Source of the DNA: Felis catus
Taxonomy: Eukaryota
Direction: 5' to 3'
Length of the DNA: 64,000 nt
Assembly (NCBI RefSeq): GCF_018350175.1
Contig: NC_058368.1
Location: 38,628,001-38,692,000, forward strand
The first letter of the stretch is position 1. Every line of letters starts with the position of its first letter. Position numbers and translations under genes: made by a program. Shown here in pieces: positions 38,633 to 51,600 of the stretch. The notes below the pieces were generated by a model that saw only the letters and a list, made by a program, of their open reading frames with translations, was not told the DNA's origin and ran no database searches.

Positions 38633-40540
38633 GAAACTTAACAGGAACCCATGGGGGAGGGGAAGGAAAAAAAAAAACAGGTTAGAGTGGGAGAGAGCCA
38701 AAGCATAAGAGACTCTTAAAAACTGAGAACAAACTGAGGGTTGATGGGGGGTGGGAGGGGGGAGAGGGTGGGTGATGGGTATTGAGGGCACCTTTTGGGA
38801 TGAGCACTGGGTGTTGTATGGAAACCAATTTGTCAATAAATTTCATATAAAAAAAATAAAGTAAAACTGTAACACTGGAAAAAAAATAAAAAATAAAGAG
38901 AAAATAATAAACTGAACTTCATGAAAGCAAAAAAAAATCTTCCTGCTTATTAAAATACACTGTTAAAATGAATATTCAAGCCACTGACTGAGAGAAAATA
39001 TTAGCAATACACATATATGACTGTAGATTTGTATCCAGAATATAAAAGACTCTTATAAAAAATCCAATTGAAAAATACTCAAAATACTTGAAAAGACAAT
39101 TCACAAAGGAAGATCTACAAATAGCCAATAAGCACATGAAAATGTGGTCCGCATTGTATTAATCAAGGAAATGCAAATTAAAACCACAATGACATACCAC
39201 AGTACTTCTTCTAGAATAGCTAAACTTAAAACCACTGAGTGCCAAATGTTGGCAATGGTATGGAGCAAGTGGAAGGCTCAGATATTGTTGGTGCAACTGT
39301 AAGATGGTTATAACCATCTTGGAAAACAGTTTGGAAGTTTCTTCTAAGCTTAAACATTCACTTCCCCTGTATTCCAGCAATTTCACTCCTAGGTATTTAG
39401 TTGGGAGGAATGAAAACTTATGCCAATAACAAAAGCAAAAACAAACAAAAGGTGGTACAGAAATGTGTATAGCATCTTTATTCATAGTAGTCAAGAAATG
39501 GAGCAATCCGATGTCCGTTAACAGGAGAATAGATCAGCAAATTGTAGTATAATCATAGAATTCTACAGCAAAATGTAATAATATACTGATGCACACAGTA
39601 ATAGATACATGATTCTCAAAATGTTATGCTAATTGATAGGAGCTAGACACAAATGTATACTTACTGCATAGTTCTATTCATGAGAAGTTTTAGAAGGCAA
39701 AACTGATTCATTGGAGTAGAGCAAGTGGAATTTCTTCTGCAGGGGAAGAATTCTTACAGAGGATCATGGAACTTGGTGAGACATTGGAAATATTCTATAT
39801 TGGAAATATATATACACTATAAGTATATAGAATGTAAATATTCTAATTGGAAATACTCTCTATTGGCAGTATTCTAACTGGAAATATTCCATATCTGGAT
39901 AGGGATGTGGGTTACTTGGTGTTTGTCAAAACCCATCAAACCATTCAGCCAAGATTTGTGCATTTTGTTGGGTGAAGATTATATCTCAATTTTTAAAAAA
40001 ATTATAAACATAATTAATTATAAAAATAAAGTGTATGATATGAAAGAGAATATATCTATTGTACTATGCCAGGAGAGGCTCCAACATTAAGAGACTTCTG
40101 TGTATGTTTGACAATGTCAAATTATTTTACATAGGAGAGAACAAAGAAATGGCTATAAAGTAGATAGTTCATCTCTTGGGCAAAATTGAATCAGTGAAAA
40201 TGTGTTATGATTTCTGTGTGCAGTCAACCAAATGTTGCTATTAAAATGCACATTAATAGCACTAAGAAACCATAGCCCCAGATGCGTACATGTAAATTTG
40301 TCTCAAGATAGTAAGAGTTTCATTATTATTTTCATTTCAAACTATTTTTATATTTCTGAGAAAGCCTTAAATTATTAAATAATTTCAAAAAAATGCTAAA
40401 ATATGTATCTAAAAACACTTTTAAAGTTTCATTTGATTTCATGTTTGAGCTGAAATAGGATTATCTTTGGCATTTTAAATATTTTAAATATTTTAAATTT
40501 TACTTCTTTTTAATTTAAATATTATTTTATATCATTTTAA

Positions 40541-40765
40541 GAGAGGGAGGCAAACCGTAGAGACCCTTAACTATAGAGAACAGAAGGTTGCTGGAGGGGA
40601 GGTGGGTGGAGGAGTGGGCTAAATGGGTGATGGGGATTAAGGAGTGTACTTGTGTTGAGCACTGGGTGTTATATGTAAGTGATGAATCACTGAATTCTAC
40701 TCCTGAAACCACTCTTATGTTATATGTTAACTGACTAGAATTTAAATAAAAACTTAAAAAATAAA
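40541..40765 (+). mobile_element. Short carnivore L1 3' UTR insertion
   Basis: ggtgatggggattaaggag..gagcactgggtgttatatg...aatttaaataaaaa, similar to the 3' ends at 12400-12520 and 38770-38850. Confidence 0.88.
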
Positions 40766-41264
40766 TGGTAAAACACAGAAATAAATATTTTTTCTAACTT
40801 TAAATATTAATTTTGAAATTAATCTTTATTTCATATCACATATCAAACATTATTATAAAATAATGTTTGAATGGTTTGGAAAATTATACAACTTTACTTT
40901 CTTGACTAGAACATGATTGATGTCCCTTGTCTAATTCCTTCTCTAAAATATATAAAGAATATCCAGCTGAGTATGTTGGCATTTAGTAGTTTAAATACAC
41001 TTTATCCCAGGATATATTCAGTTCTGCTTATACCTTAATGTGGCAGCAATTTGTTTCTTTGGTATAAGGCAGAGATGTTCACTGTCACAAAGTAGCCAAA
41101 GAAGACATGTTTGCTTACATATTTAATAGTTGATTTCTGTGACTTTGTTTATAAATATAAAATTAAGTTCAGTATCTTCATCTTCAAAGTTAATTAGAAA
41201 AATTATTTAAATAAGGAATTAATTATATGTTTATTAAATGATATTCCTTTCATCACAATCCTTA

Positions 41265-41710
41265 TTTCAGTGGAGTCTTCCATTGTACAAATTGCAGAAG
41301 GCCCAGTATTCCCTCTCTTCTGTCTCTGTAGCTAAGGTGCAGATTATGATCAGGACTCCACCTTTCTGATTCCCATTCAGTGCTTTCATGTGGGATTGAC
41401 TCATGTGAGTGTAGAATTAGAGATTGGAACTCATTTATAAAGGGTGTGGCTGCAGAACAGTAGGATCGTGTCTAATGTCAGATGTCCAGTCGTGCTGGTG
41501 ACCCCCAGTGGAAAGGGATAGCAGCATTCCTTAAGTAGACAGTTTCTCAGATGTCACTTTAGAGTGGCTTTTTCTGCATGGCTTGCTTTCTTTTTTCATT
41601 CTAAAACATGTTTCAACTACCCTTATGGCAATAATGTGAGCTTTCTGACATCCTTTCACTCAAGCCATTTGCTACTTAGTTTTTGTTGCTTTCAACAACA
41701 AGAACCCTGG
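41265..41710 (+). mobile_element. Old ERVL LTR (LTR33-like)
   Basis: ctctgtagctaaggtg near the start and gttgctttcaacaacaagaaccctg at the end. Confidence 0.45.
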
Positions 41711-42148
41711 GGAGGGTAATTTCCTCTGTGACGTCTTTATACAAATACCTGTCATAAAATAGACTTAAATCTATTATTCTTACATTAAAAATGTATTAAT
41801 TATTATTAATTAATATGAGATAAAGTCTTCCATGTATAGATGTTGTGTAGTTTAAAAGTCAGTGGTTATTTTTTTTTTAATTTCTTAAGATTTTTTTAAA
41901 CTCATTTCAATTCATCATGTATTTTAAACATAGCTCACTGGGAATGTGTGAGTTATGTTGTATAGAACATAGTCAATAATCTGACCTAAGTTATATATTA
42001 ATAAATGTAGGATAGACTGGCTGCAGGCCTACTTTTCTTCCTTCTCTCTTTGTTCAAATATACAGCCCCAGAGCTGTGGTTAGTATTGTGATGGATGTAA
42101 ATTAACCCTACTCTTGAGAAATTGAAGTCTAAAATGTTAAATAACATG

Positions 42149-42373
42149 GGTGGACCGGTCTGTTGAGCATCCAACTCTTGATTTCAGTTCAGGTCATGAT
42201 CTCACAGTTGTGAGATGGAGCCCTGTGTTGGGCTCTGCTGACAGCTTGGAGCCTGCTTGAAATTCTCTCTTCTCTTCTCTCTGCCCCTCCCTGACTCTTG
42301 CACTCAAAAGGGAGGGGAGGGGAGGGGAGGAGAGAGAAGGGAAGGGAAGGGAAAGGAAGGGAAGGGAAGGGGA
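42149..42373 (+). mobile_element. Can-SINE whose tail is a G-rich polypurine repeat
   Basis: TSD gttaaataacatg at 42136-42148 and 42374-42386. Confidence 0.92.
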
Positions 42374-42425
42374 GTTAAATAACATGAGTTCACATTCTAC
42401 AAAAAAGAGAGAATGAAATGAGGAT

Positions 42426-42655
42426 GGGGCGCCTGGGTGGCTCAGTCGGTTGAGCATCTGACTTTGGCTCAGGTCATGATCTCACGGTTGGTGGGTTCCA
42501 GCCCTGCTTAGGGCTCTGTGATGACAGCTCAGAGCCTGGAGCCTGCTTCAGATTCTGTGTCTCCCTCTCGATCTGCCCCTACCCCAACTCATGCTCTGTT
42601 TCTCTCTGTCTCAAAAATAAATAAACATTAAAAAAATTTTTTTAAATATAGAAAA
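42426..42655 (+). mobile_element. Can-SINE
   Basis: Full body; flanking gaaatgagg at 42415-42423 and 42657-42665. Confidence 0.95.
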
Positions 42656-43011
42656 AGAAATGAGGCTGTGGCCATGCCATCCTTTCTGTGGCCTGCAAGC
42701 ATGAGAGGTGAGATAGTTTGCTTAGAATTTCACTGTGGAGGGATGTATTTATGAAGGGGAGGAATAATATATAAATAGACTTTTTTTCCCTAAACCTATG
42801 AAATGACAGTGTAAGATCTCCTAGATCTTTGACGAAAGACCACTTTCTCTATTTTCCAAGGAAAGTCAAATTTACTGTTACATAGTTCACATATGCAAGG
42901 ATTTACATAAAAAGGAAGATTTCAAAACTAGCAAATTTCTACTTCTGTACTGTGATTGGATTGTAATTGTAGTTTCCTTTAAAGAATACAATTCTTGTGA
43001 AGCATTTCATC

Positions 43012-43076
43012 CCTTCCTTCCTTCCTTCCTTCCTTCCTTCCTTCCTTCCTTCCTTCCTTCCTTCCTTCCTTCCTTC
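43012..43076. repeat. (CCTT)n tetranucleotide microsatellite
   Basis: About 16 uninterrupted units. Confidence 0.98.
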
Positions 43077-45556
43077 TGGATGGGGAAGGGAGAGAAGGAA
43101 AAGAGAGAGAGACACACACACACAGACTCTTTCTAAATATGGCTATTTCAACGAGAAGAATCATAATTTTTGCCTCTAAAAGTATGCAGTTTGATAATGA
43201 TAGAGACTTTTAAAGTGGCTATGCTCTTTGAAGGAATATAATGAGAACATAATAGGTTATATTTACTTCCTAATTCTCTTTTTTGCCCTCTTTCATATTT
43301 TCTGTATACAAATGAAATCTACTCACACGTGATAAGATGTTTCAGGGATAGCAGCAAACTCAGCCTCTGTCCATTTCTCTCAAGATTAGAAAGCTTTTGG
43401 TTTATCTTATAAATTATGGAAATGCTACTTGGATATTTTATTTTTGCCAACAAAACAACATACATGTTTGGTAACTATTGACTCTTGAAGAAACATGTTG
43501 AAACATATTAAAGTATTTTTATTGTTTACATTTAAAATCTACATAAATATCATTTAAATTTTATAATACTTATTTCCAGTGTGGTTGCAATACTAAAGAG
43601 GCTTAAGTTTTGGTGCCTAAAATTTCTTCACTATAAAACAGATGCATCCACGTTCTTCTGATGATCTCATAAAGAATATGTTGTACCATTGTTGATTTTT
43701 AAGGCCAATTATACTACTGAAGAAAGTTTAATAAAATCTCTTTCATATTGTCTTTCATTAATATATTTTAAGAGAATTTGTTACTGATTTCTTGAATCAT
43801 GAGAATTTTGGCCACTAAGATTAGTCTTTGAATATTTTCATTAGTGCTAAGATATATAAAAGAGAAATGAAATAAGGGGTTAACTTATCAACTTTTATAG
43901 TTTTTAGTGATCTCTAATAATGCTTCAAGTATATGGAACATTTCTCCAAGTCTGGAATGGAAATGTATTAGGATATGTGCCCAGATTGCAGTGTCCTTGT
44001 ATAATTTGGTAAATATGTCCACAGAAGAAGCACAAATTAAAAGGCCTGTTTGTACCAGTATGAAACTTGTCTTCTGACCATTAATGATAGGACAACATGA
44101 TAAGACAGTGTACTATCTAGCCCATATTAATGAAAGAATATTTTCCATGTTTTTGTAATCGTGGCAGAGAAAGTCATACAGCCTTTCCCAGTGAGATAAA
44201 CTGGGAAATGTGGCAGTTATTTGGTGACCTTATGGTCTGAGATTTATGGGGTGAGGAGGAATGAAGTAGATATGCAGTGATAAGCAAGAGGAGTATGTGT
44301 GTGGGGGTGGGAGGGACTGGGTGTGTGTGAGAGTCAGACCATCAGAATTCCCAGTTTTCTATATCTGTATCAGTTATTGATTCTTTCCCTTGTGAATTCT
44401 TGGCCATGCCACCTTCCTGCTCGTGGTTTTATAAGTGAACTCAAAACACAGGTGTCTTTTCCCATGTACTAGTTAAAATATGGTAGTCAAAAAGAGGAAA
44501 GGAAAAAGAGGTAGGAAAAAGAGAGGGAAAATGTTAGCTTAGTATTTGTGTAACCCTTAAATTGTATGTTTCTAAGAAAATTAACTTTATGTCTAATGAC
44601 CATATGTGATTGTTAAAAATTATTTTCTCCACTTTAAAGATGATAAAGCAAACTGTTTACAATGGTGAATGGAGCTCAGTGAGCCCAGTCACCAGCATTT
44701 AAAATAATCTCTCAGTTTGAAAATAGAATGAATATTAGTGTTAGGGTCAGAGAAATTAGTGGGGAGAAGGGGATAAAAAAGTCATGAATACAACTAGAAA
44801 TCTTTAACTTCTTAAAATAACTAAGTAGCATAGATCAAAGTGAAAATAATACCTATGGAATACTTCCATTTGAGACAGTCATCTATAAATGGGCATTTTT
44901 AGTAAGCATTTAGAATAAGCAGGTTAAAAGACTGAAGGACTGGGAAAAGCACAAAGTGTCAAGAAACTAAATTTATCATAACTGAATTACTTTAATTTAG
45001 AACCTCAAGTACTTGGGCATTCCCATGTCTTTCAGATACTCTGTTATAATAAACACTAAAAGTAATCAGCAGTTGCTATTTTTCATTGTGTTTACTCTTT
45101 GCTGATTGTCCACCACTAATAATAGTTTTATATAATATGATTACAGTTGTAGTTCATATAAGATTGTACATGCCTTTACTATTTATGATTTTCTGATAAG
45201 CCAAATATGAGAAATATAAAAATTTGAATTTAAATATCACCCAAATATAAATATTATTAGCAACTTATATTTTTATATTTTGTTTTTGGTGATTTTTTTC
45301 TGCCTAAAATATTGTGAAATCACATTGTATGCATTTGAGTTTGTTATCCCAAAACCTTCACAGTTCCTTCTAGGTTACTGACAAGGAACTATTTTTTAAA
45401 AAGATTTTAATTAAAAAATGATTCAGGTTATCCAATGTGAAATCAAAAGATGGAAAATATCATGACTCTTCTATAATAAAGAAGACCCTTTTGGAATAAA
45501 ATAAAACCTGTTCCTAATGAACCAATGAATATAAATGTGTTTAATAATCTCACCCA

Positions 45557-45775
45557 GGAGCGCCTGGGTGGCTCAGTCTGTTAAGCATCTGACTCTTGAT
45601 CTTCGCTCGGGTCATGATCTCAGGATTCCTGAGACTGAGCCCCACATAGGGCTCTATGCTGACAGTGTCGAAACCTGCTTGGGATTCTCTTTCTCTCTCT
45701 TTCTCCCCCTTACCCCTGCTCTGTCCCTCCCCTGCTTGCACACACACTCTCAAAATAAGTAAATAAACTTAAAAA
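45557..45775 (+). mobile_element. Can-SINE
   Basis: ggagcgcctgggtggctcag head, body and tail; degenerate TSD aataatct..ccag. Confidence 0.92.
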
Positions 45776-46189
45776 ATAATCTATCCAGTGTACAAATAGC
45801 TGTATAAATAATCCAGAATGTTTATTAAAGGTGTATTTAAACAGTACTTGCTAAGGCTTAAGCAATTAAATCATACAATTCAAATCTGATATCTAGACAA
45901 GGATAAAGAAACAACACTTCATGACAGTGAGGGGAGGCAACAAATGCAAATGTGGAAGTAAAGCAAGGCCAAGGTTGGTCTCCATTTCAATAATTCACTT
46001 TCGTATTGTACATTTAGATTCCTGATTTTAGCCTTTAACTGAATGGAGGAAGACATGCCAAAGAATCTATTACACAAGTATCCCTTCTCAAGATATAAAT
46101 ATTTATTAATATCTTGTTGGGGTTCTGCTGCATTCAGTTTCTAAAGATTTATCTGTTGGTGACATATTTGTGAATCCCTGTGTATCATG

Positions 46190-46900
46190 TTCATCACATA
46201 AAAATGAAAGCTTGGCTGAATACAGAACTCTCAAGTCAAAAAACTTTGTTCTAAATTCTGTAGCAATTGCTTCATTTTCTTCTGAAATTTGTGATGCTGA
46301 GAGGTAATTATCCAGTTTGGAAAAAAAAAAAGTCTCTTTTCTGTCCAAATTTTTGGCATCCCAGTAATTTGAAAAAATCACAGGATTTTTCTAGATGATT
46401 GTTTCTTAAAAAAAAAAACAGGATCAGAATTTTAATGTACATATTCAGTTTATTTTTCAATGCTATAATGTTTCAGCCATTATAGATTTTATGACAGTCT
46501 CTCAAAGATTTTTTTGTTCTTTTTTGAAACTTTTGTTCCCTGCCCTTCAGATGTATTATCTCATTCCTCACTGTTTTCATCCTGTTGTCATTTCCCTTTG
46601 GCTATCAGGAAGAGTTCTCAGGATGCTTTACATTTAATTAATTTTCTTAATAATATGAAGGATGCACTTGCTTATCCCAATATGTAGTTTAATTCTATTA
46701 CATTTCAGTACACTCTGTTATTGTTCCTTATTGTACCAACTTTGTTAGATACTTTTACTCTATTTATTATCTTCTGTCCCTAGTTTCCTTTCATCTTAAG
46801 ACTTTATCTTGCAGATGAAAGAGATTGTGTATTTTCTCCAAATATTAAGTATATAAATTTAGAAAATTTTCTTCTATTGCCACTATCAAAACATTTTCCA
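46190..46900 (-). mobile_element. Ancient L1M ORF1-region remnant
   Basis: aagcttggctgaatacagaactct resembles the antisense ORF1 end seen in-window at 51465-51492. Confidence 0.5.
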
Positions 46901-47818
46901 ATATGTGCTTTCTTTCATTTTGAAGGGGAAATAAAAAAGATGTTTCTAAGATCTAGTTTCCAAAGGAAGTAATTTTATCAACATCATTCAATGGCCAGAA
47001 TCAGTAGTATTAGTGATGTAAACTGCAGTGTGTTAAGCCCAGTGTCCATGGTCTCAATCATCCAGCTAGTGGGTATGGTGCCCAGAGGTGCCAGTAGTGC
47101 CTAACTGAGCCAGTTCTGTCACGTGAACTTGTGAGTCCAGATGGTATGGCTCCAAATCTAATTCTCTACCAAAGATCCTGTAGGTTACATACAGTTTTAC
47201 TAACAAGTATATTTTGTCTTGAAATTTTCCACGGTCAGTTTGTGTGATTTACATGTGAAGCCTTATACAGGTAATCAGAAATATTTGCTCATTCTCTTCT
47301 TTTTGTTTTCCTACCTATTTTTATTGTATACTTTGAGTTATATGTTCATATACAATTTTTAAGATACATAAGTGTGAACATTCTAAGGATTTGTTGGAGT
47401 TACCTTCCTTTCTTCCCTTTTATCCATACGTTCACATACATTCATTGTTCATTATTCTTTTATGTTTTCAGGGAAATTTTTAATCATGAATGATTACATA
47501 TAATCCCCCCTTCAAAAATTCTCAAATTTATTCTGGTCAGAAGATAGTATTTGATACACAAAAAAAACAAAAAAACCCTCCCATAATATCACAAAGCCCT
47601 TTTACAAAAGTTTAAGACTAGGCTAGTTCTCTATGTTGACTGCCCCAACAGTCAACAATATAAATATATATTTATATTTATATCAATATAAATAGAATTT
47701 CTATTTATAGAGACCCTGTACGTTCAAAATAATCCACAAAGTTGAGCTCTACTGTAATTTCTATAAACCACAAGATCTGACTTGACCTTTTTCTCCATTA
47801 AACTGTCTTTGACTTTTT

Positions 47819-48038
47819 AAAAAAAATTTTTTTTTCAACATTTATTTATTTTTGGGACAGAGAGAGACAGAGCATGAACGGGGGAGGGGCAGAGAGAGAG
47901 GGAGACACAGAATTGGAAACAGGCTCCAGGCTCTGAGCCATCAGCCCAGAGCCTGATGCGGTGCTCGAACCCACGGACCGCGAGATCGTGACCTGGCTGA
48001 AGTCGGACGCTCAACCGACTGCGCCACCCAGGCGCCCC
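47819..48038 (-). mobile_element. Young felid SINE (SINEC_Fc)
   Basis: 15-bp TSD tgtctttgacttttt at 47804-47818 and 48040-48054. Confidence 0.97.
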
Positions 48039-48552
48039 ATGTCTTTGACTTTTTGAGACCTATTTTTTTTCTTGTGGGTTCATGTCCTTTTTTATTCCAG
48101 GCCCAAGTATCCTTCCCTACGGCCCTCATGTTTGTTAAAATTATTTAGATGAAGTAAAATTTTTATTTACATTCCAGTTAGCACACAGTGTAATATTAGT
48201 TTCAGGTATAGAATTTAGTGATACATCCCTTTCATACAACACTCAGTACTCATCACAATAAATGCCCTCCTTAATCCCCTTCACCTATTTAAACCTTCCC
48301 TCCACCCACCTCCCCTCCAGTAACCTTCAGTTTGTTTTTTATAGTCAAGAGCCTGTTTTCTGGTTTGTCCCTCTTTTTTCCCCTATGTTCATCTGTTTCG
48401 TTTCTTAAATTCCACATATGAGTGAAATCATATAAAATTTGTCTTTCTCTGATTTAATTTGCTGACCATAATACTCTCTAGCTCTATCCATGTCGTGGAA
48501 TATGGCAAGATTCAATTATTTTTTATGTCTAAGTAATATTCCAGTGTGTGTA

Positions 48553-48554
<2 letters not shown>

Positions 48555-48597
<43 letters not shown>
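48555..48597. repeat. (TG)n microsatellite inside the L1
   Basis: About 21 TG units. Confidence 0.97.
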
Positions 48598-48600
<3 letters not shown>

Positions 48601-51600
48601 TATGTACATACATCTATATGAGCTCTTTATCCATTCATCTATCAATGTACACTTGAGGTGCTTCCATAATGTGGCCATTATAGATAATGCTGCCATAAAT
48701 ATCAGGGTACATATATCCCTTCAAATTGATATTTTTGTATTCTTTGGGTAAATACCTAGTAGGGCAATTGCTGGATTGTAGGGTAGTTCTATTTATAACT
48801 TTTGAGGAACCTCCATTTTGTTCCCCACAGTGGTCGCACCAGTTTCCATTTCCCCTCATGATGCAAGAAGATTCTCCTTTCTCCACATTCTCACCAGCAC
48901 CTCATTTCTTGTGTTGTTAATTTTAGCCATTCTGACAGATGTGAGGTGCTATCTTATTGTAGTTTTGATTTATATTTCTCTGATGATCAGTGGTGTTGAG
49001 TATCTTTTCATGTGTCTGTTGGCCGTCTATATGTCCTCTTTGGAGGAATAATCTGTTCGTGTCTTCTGCTCATTTTTTAATTGGATTATTTGTTTTTTAG
49101 TGTTGTATTGTATAAGTTCTTTATATTTTTTGGATAATTAACCTTTATAGGATATGTCATTTACAGATACCTTCTCTCTTTTGGTAGGTTGCTTTTAGTT
49201 TTGCTGATTATTTCCCTAGTGCAAAGCTTTGTATTTAATGTAGTCCCAATGGTTAATTTTGCTTCTGTTTCCCTTGCCTCAGGAGACATATCTAGAAAGA
49301 AATTGCTACGGCTGATGTCAAAGAGGTTACTACCTGTTTTCTCCTCTAGAATTTTGATGGCTTCAGGTCCCATGTTTAGGTCGTTAATTACATTTGAAGT
49401 TATTTTTGTGTATGGTGTAAGAAAGTGGTCCAATTTCATTCTTTTGCATATAGCTATCCAGTTTTCCCAACACTCTCTTTTTCCCATTGCATATTCTTTC
49501 CTCCATTGTCAAAGAATAATTGACCATATAACTGTAATTTTATTTCTGGGCTCTCTATTCTGTTCCATTGATCTAAGTGTCTGTTTTGTGCCAGTACCAT
49601 AGTGTTTTGATTACTACCCTTGGAGCCCAGGAATAAATCACATTTAATCATGGTGAATGATTTTTTTTAATGTATTATTGGATTCAGTTTGCTAATATTT
49701 TGTTAGAATTTTGCATCCATGTTCATTAGGGATATTGGCCAATAATTATCTTTTGTAGTGGAATCTTTATCTGTTTTTGGTATCAGGGTAATGCTGGGAG
49801 TTTTCCTTTCATTTCTAATGTTTGCAATAGTTTGAGAAGAATGAATATTAACTCTTCTTTAAATGTTTGGTAGAATTTGCCTGTGAAGTGTCTGGCCCTG
49901 GACTTTTGTTTGTTGGGAGTTTTTTGATTACTGATTCAATTTCATTGCTGGTTATCAGAATGTTAATGTTTTCTATTCTTTCTGTTTCAGTTTTGCTAGT
50001 TTATATGTATCTAGGAATTTATCCATTTCTTCCAGGTTGTTCAATTTGTCGGCATATAGTTATTCATAATATATTCTTATAGTTTGTATTTCTGTGGTGT
50101 TGATTGTGATTTCTCCTCTCTCATTTGTGATTTTCTTTTTAAATTTGGGCATTTTCTCTTTTATTTTTGATAAGTCTGGCTAGGGGGTTATTTATTTTAT
50201 TAAGTTTTTCAAAGAACCAGCTTCTGGTTTCATTGATATGTTGTATTGTTTTTTTTTAGTTTATATATCATTCATTTCTGCTCTAATATTATTTATTTCC
50301 TTCTTCTGGCTTTAAGCTTTTTTTCTAGCTCTTTTAGGTGTACTACTAGGGTATTTATTTGAGATTTTTCTTTCTTATTAAAGTAAACCTGTATTGCTAT
50401 ATACTTTCCTCTTAGTACTGCTTTTGCTGCCTCCCAAAAGTTTTGGATGGTTGCGTTTTCATTTTCACTTGTTTTGATGTATTTTTTACTTTTTTTCTTT
50501 GATTTTCTGGTTGACCCATTCATTGTTTAGTAGCATGTTGTTTAATCTTCATGTATTTGTGGCCTTTCTAAATTTTTTCTTGTGCTTGATTTCTAGTTTC
50601 ATAGCCTTGTGTTCAGAAAATGTGCATGGTATGATTTCAACCTTTTGTATTTGTCGAGGCCTGAATTTTGACCTCATATGTGTTCTATTCTGGAGAATGT
50701 CCCCTGTGCACTTCAAAAGAATGTGTATTCTGTTTTAGGATGGAATGTTTTGAATATATCTGTTAAGTCCAACTGGTAGAGCTTGTTATTCAATGCCATT
50801 GTTTTCTTGTTTATTTTCTGTTTAGATGATCTGTCCATTGATGTAGATGGGGTATTAAAATCCCCTACTATTATTGTATTATCATCAATTAGTTTCTTTA
50901 TGTTTGTTATTAATTATTTTATATTTTGGGGTGTCCCAAGTTGGGTGCATAAATATTTATAATTGTTAGATCTTCTTGGATTGTCCCCTTTTATGATATA
51001 TTACCCTTCTTTGACTTTTGTTACAGTTTTTAAAGTTTAGTTTGTCCAATATGAGTATTGCTACCCTGGCTTTCTTTTGACATCCATTTGCATGATACAT
51101 GTTTCTCCATCCCCTTACATTCAATCTGCAGGTGTCTTTAGGTCTAAAATGAGTATCTTGCAGGCAGCATATAGATGGATCTTGTTTGTTTGTTTTTTAT
51201 CCATTCTGCCTCCTATGTATTTCGGTGGAGCATTTAATCCATTTACATTCAAAGTAATTATTGGTATATATGTATTTATTGTCATTTTATTCTTTTTTCA
51301 TTGTTTCTGGGTATTTTCTGATCCTTTCTTGTCTTTGTCCCTTTTGGTTTCTCCTTTGCCCTCATAGAGCTCCCTTCAATATTTCTTGCAGGGTTAGTTT
51401 AGTCATCCAGAACCCTTTCAGTTTTTGTTTATATGGGAAACTCATTATCTCCTTCTATTCTGAATGATAGCTTTGCTGGATAGAGTATTCTTGCCTGCAG
51501 ATTTTTCCCTTCAGCACTTTGAATATATCATGCTACTCCCTTCTGGCTTGCCATGTTTCTGTTGAGAAATCTGCAGCTACCGTTATGGATTTTTCTCTTC

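Larger units (their letters stand above)
32988..38892 (+). mobile_element. Full-length young felid LINE-1 (L1_Fc-like), inactivated
   Basis: CpG-rich 5' UTR, ORF1, ORF2 (EN, RT), G-rich 3' UTR and poly(A); perfect TSD ataaagagaaaataata at 32971-32987 and 38893-38909. Confidence 0.98.
32745..40030 (+). mobile_element. Ancient LINE-1 3' portion (L1MB/MC-like), split by the young L1
   Basis: 32745-32987 and 38893-40030 are colinear ORF2/3' UTR decay (aaatggtgcttgaac...; tcaaggaaatgcaaattaaaaccaca). Confidence 0.82.

Noticed and set aside
43980..44230. Possible CR1/L3 remnant
   Set aside because: Similarity too faint to call without an HMM search.
46106..46381. 91-aa protein-like ORF
   Set aside because: Overlaps a degraded L1 remnant; no recognisable domain or splice context.
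49600..49630. L1 internal deletion as a spliced-L1 product
   Set aside because: The junction does not fit GT-AG intron removal given the flanking L1 sequence.
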